A DNA stretch of 64,000 nucleotides from the human T2T-CHM13v2.0 reference genome, Homo sapiens. The stretch is from NCBI RefSeq assembly GCF_009914755.1, contig NC_060933.1. One strand, 5' to 3'. Below are positions 58,912 through 64,000 of this stretch, in pieces (the first letter of the stretch is position 1; each line of letters opens with the position of its first letter). A program made the position numbers and the translations under genes. Below the pieces are notes generated by a model. The model made no database searches, was not told the origin of the DNA, and saw only the letters and a program-made list of their open reading frames with translations.

Positions 58912-59234
<323 letters not shown>

Positions 59235-60498
59235 CCACTCTGTTTTCAAACTAATACAAATATGAGTTCTTTCTAATTTACCAAGAAGGTTATGTATTCC
59301 AGCTCTGTGATTCTGGACTATACTATAAAAAGAAGGGACTGAACTTCATGATCTCTAATATTATGATATTCTTGGTACTAATATTCTAGTTCTTAGAATA
59401 TTTGCTCTAAAATTATGTATTTCTGTAACTGCATTCCGGTGACTTTACACAGGTAAAAAACACAAAAGAGCATTTCAAAAATCTCAGAAAGAGTAATAAT
59501 GTCCAATAGCGTCAATTCAAATGTGCCTGCTGGGATATCTAATCCACTGAACAAAATTTTAAAGAGTCAGGTGTGAATATTATTTCCTTACTTAATAAGA
59601 AAGAAAAAAATCTGAAAGCAGACACATGAAAACAGATTTTTCCAAATAAATTTTTGCCTTAATAAGTAATTTCCTCATTGAATAAATGTACTGTTAAACC
59701 TATAGAAACTTGCCTAGAGTCTACCTATAAAGTCTTGCTATATTAAATGTGTGGTCCAAAACAAGGGAGGAGGTAAGCCCCTGGCAAGAAAAGGGCTAAC
59801 CCAACTAACGTGCCATTATTATTAGAGATTAGTTATGAAAACTTAACCCTCCATTGATCCTCGATTCCACCTTTATCCTGCTTCTCGAAATAATAGGCCT
59901 TTATTCCTCCTGTTTCCCAATGTAAAGGGAAATACCACGACAAAAAAATGACACTCTGGACTTGTGACATCAGTATTCATTTCATCTCAAACACTGAATT
60001 TGATAGGGAATGCTCCACGTTATTGATTTCCTAAACATACTTCAGAGTCCCAAGGTTGTCCCTCCTTTCCACGCCAGTCCTTCCCTGGCTGGCATCTACA
60101 TATTTTGTTGCTCAGAGGCATGCTAAATCTTCCCTAATGCTGCACTTTGCCCAGAATGTCTGACTCTCACTACCCCTCCCAACCACAAGTTCATGGGTCC
60201 AGAACTTTCCTATCCAGAGAAATTCCACTACAATTGCATCCAACCATGGTCTTGACTCATAAGCCTATACCAAGTTTTTGCTCAAGGCCTCTCTCCTTTT
60301 AGCTGAGACTGTCTGGGGACACTGAAGAGAATTTCTGGCCTTGTAGGAAGCAACTACAACTTCAGGGTTTCTATGCGGTAAAAATTCCTGTAAACTGCCT
60401 GTATCCTAATCTGGTCTGGTGTTGGGTAGGATGCTCATCAATGACAGATTCATAAAAATGAAAGGAAAATAAAAGTAGGGGCAATAAGGGTATTCAGG

Positions 60499-60547
60499 AA
60501 AAAAACAAAAACAAAAAAAACAAAAAAAAACAAAAACAAAAAAAAAC
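60499..60547 (+). repeat. A-rich (CAAAAA)n-like simple repeat
   Basis: aaaaaaacaaaaacaaaaaaaacaaaaaaaaacaaaaacaaaaaaaaac. Confidence 0.9.
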
Positions 60548-60677
60548 AGGGGATCTACAAGAGACCCAATAAGGAGAAGGTTTTGTTGTCCTCAGCTGAA
60601 AACGCTGTTCTGCTCTGGAATAAACTCTCAGAATTCATGTCCACGTGAAATGTGAGCACCAGAATGCTTCACCTATA

Positions 60678-60793
60678 CCATGAAGCATTGTGCTGATGCT
60701 GCCTACACCCTGCCTATTCTTAGATTCAGAATATAGTGAATCTTAAATTCAGAATAGGCAGGTTATAGGCAGCATTAGCACAATGCTTCATGG
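60678..60793. repeat. 43-bp inverted repeat (40/43 match) with a 30-bp spacer
   Basis: ccatgaagcattgtgctgatgctgcctacaccctgcctattct vs agaataggcaggttataggcagcattagcacaatgcttcatgg. Confidence 0.95.
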
Positions 60794-60895
60794 CAGAAGC
60801 AGGGAAGTGCCTTAGATATCACAGCAACTATCCTAAACTAGACCTGTAACTTCTTTATAAATTAAGGAAGTACCTTAGAAATCATAGCAACTTTC

Positions 60896-61343
<448 letters not shown>

Positions 61344-62893
61344 CTAGACCTGTAAATTCTTTGAGGTTGAGCAGTTCTTACCATCTTATTTTACCATTTG
61401 ACACTATTTTATGCTACTAAGCATGAAAGTGTGTTTAATATTTGACTAGCATCATGAATTTATAGTCAAGACTGATTCAGAGATATGAAAATGCATAATG
61501 CAAGTTAATTTTCTAATCAGAACAAAATTTATTTCCTCTGAAACCAAGCCCTGGAACTGCACGGATCTAGGCACTCTGGAGTTAGTATCATTACAAACAT
61601 GATCCTTACTAAGTAGGCATTTCATTTCTTAAAAATTATAATCCTAAACGATCTGTAAACAAATACTTCCTACCTGTTGAACCTCTCCTAGTAAATCATC
61701 TGTAACTAATTGAAAAAAACACATATTTCCATGATTAGTTTTTCAGTCATACTTGCAATAAGGACTTCCAGGATTAAAAATATTAAAGAAACTATCTTTA
61801 AAATTTTATCTGGTAAATTATCCCCATTTTTTTCCTTGTGCCATTTCAATGCAGATATTTATTTGTTAAAACACAGTAATTTTAATAACTACTTCATTGA
61901 CAACTACTTTCAATGAGTTATTTCTTGTATAAAATTTGAATTCATATTTCAATAAATAGGAGATCATGTGGGTTTTTTAGAATATTTTTCCCATAAAATA
62001 CATTTTTTTTTCTATGAAGAGCTACCTTCTAACATACTTTCCTCCAGAGCTATAGTTTGCCAGAGGGCATCTCTATCTATCTGATTTTGGTCTCATCTTC
62101 AGTTCTCTGTTTTCTTCACTCTGGTAATGTTGGCATTCCCTTGATCTCTGCTATGTCCGCTGCAAATGTTCTCTCCTATAACTCTATATAGAAATTTTAT
62201 TTGGTTTTTCTCAACATCATGAATCCTCCAATAAAGCAGGTAGGTGGCATTAAAGATATTTAACGTGCTTCATTAAAAGAGAGAAACAACAGCTTAAAAA
62301 CACACGCACAGAAAGGTTACCGACCAACACTATCAATTCTCTAAATGCTACAATGCAACTGACAACACAGTAAACAACATCTAAGCTATCTTGGCAATTA
62401 AGTAAAAACATCTTTCAAGAAACCACAGGTCAGCTTTCATTACTGAGACTCACTGGGTGATTCTGGAGCTAAACACTTCAACACACATCCAGCAGACCTG
62501 TTTTCCTAGTTTAAACATGGTATCTAAACAGCAAATATATCTGTTTTGCCGCCCATCTGAAATGTAGTCTACACTAATCTATACAAAGCCAGATGCACAC
62601 ACGTTTTGAAGCAATATATTCTTAACAAATTTTTCATGTTTTGAGGAAGTGCTAATTCACTTAAATGTAGTTAGCATTATTCAACCTGAACATTTTGTTT
62701 GCCTGACATATTTTGATTTTTTTTCTGCTTCAGTCTACAGTTAAAAAATTCACAGATAAATTCAAATAGTTATGAACTAGTACCAGAGTGATATTACACT
62801 CTGAAAAAATTTAAAACCAATAAAGAACACTGTAGGCTTCCTATTTCCACTAAAAAGCTAAATACTAATTTCAGAAAAGCACACATCACTCAG

Positions 62894-62894
<1 letters not shown>

Positions 62895-62936
<42 letters not shown>

Positions 62937-62946
62937 CGCACACACG
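62895..62946 (+). repeat. Imperfect (CA)n microsatellite
   Basis: tacacatatacacacacaca...cacgcacacacgcacacacg. Confidence 0.95.
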
Positions 62947-63569
62947 CCGATGTTATAAAAGTACTGTCACTAGAATACATGTTTTGGTTGTTTATCCAAA
63001 TGGTAATGAGATGTGATGATCTACCTTCTTTAGCCAAGTCCTCTTTTGTAATAATAGCATCCATTTATTTAACAGCTAACCAAAATTTGGAGTGCTGTCT
63101 ATGTTTATTCAAGGAGTTTTTCCTTTTGCAAATTTAACCGGCCTATACAAGAATAAAATCCACAATCAAGCTCTTGTTAGTTCCATGATCTCCTCAACTG
63201 AGATTAGGTGGTAAAAACAACTAAAGCATTGTTACTGACAAGATAATCAACATTGTAGTTAATTGAAAATTAACAGTGGGACTCTCCACTTAGTGCCAAA
63301 TGTAGTAATTTGAGGTGGTCATCCTTAACAGTCCAAGAAAGTCGATTTCCAATTATCAGAAAGTGAGGATTATCTGAGCAAATAATACTTTCAACTTCTT
63401 CTTGACATAATTAAATTAAATGAGATAGCCTTTTGACAGCATTTTCTTTCTAGCATAAATTATTTAGATATAATCAAACAAGAAATGTTTTGAAACCAAA
63501 ACATTTACCACATTTGTAATATGAAAGTTAAGAAAGGTATAGTTCAAGTTTATATACAGAAAAAAATAT

Positions 63570-63930
63570 AGCATATGTTTTGAGGACCTACTATGTATGG
63601 GGCACTATGCTGGATACAAGGATATACAAAGATCAACACAACTTTATTCTTGCCCTCAAGGAGAGCATCTTTTAGGTGGGCTTACCTATTCTCCACTCTA
63701 TTTGCACCCCAAAACACTATTCAAGAACTCAACTAAAACTCCATCCCCTTTTTAAATTCTTCCTTGGTTTTCCTGTCCTCTGTGATTCCATGGCACAAAG
63801 ATTGGCATTTATCACATCAAGCAATTATTAGGTACGTTCCTACTAAGTGCCAGACGCAATGGTAAGTGCTGAGACCTGAAAGATGAACAGGACTAAACCT
63901 GTCCTTCGGGAAGATCACATTTAGCGAAGC
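63570..63930 (-). mobile_element. L2 3' fragments
   Basis: tgaggacctactatgtatggggcactatgctgg...tgccctcaaggag and cctactaagtgccagac...gtgctgagac. Confidence 0.6.
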
Positions 63931-64000
63931 TCCCATGGAAAGACCAGCTTATTTTTATGCACCTTGTTTTTCTTCTAAAGGAAGGAGACCTCACTGGGAG

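Overview
Primate (human-like) AT-rich genomic DNA, almost certainly intronic or intergenic. It contains about 18 Alu elements, two solo LTRs (THE1 and a MER31/MER34-like ERV1 LTR), DNA transposon relics (MER33, MER20, an internally deleted Tigger1, Tigger3a/MER7A), many MIR, L2 and L1 3' fragments, and several microsatellites. No complete protein-coding gene, RNA gene or prokaryote-type system is present. The longer ORFs in the track are mostly Alu or simple-repeat read-through. By eye the + strand is A-rich, and the best splice signals lie on the - strand, which suggests a large intron of a gene transcribed right-to-left. I could not name the host gene. Two long Alu-free stretches (about 12.7-26.5 kb and 39.2-55.1 kb) hold candidate enhancer/alternative-promoter sequence and several candidate - strand exons, many of which would end in phase 0. 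The most striking pure-sequence structure is a 43-bp near-perfect inverted repeat at 60678-60793, next to a tandem duplication interrupted by an Alu. I found no convincing novel biological system; the findings are hypotheses. Repeat family and subfamily calls come from recalled consensus sequences, not a database search.
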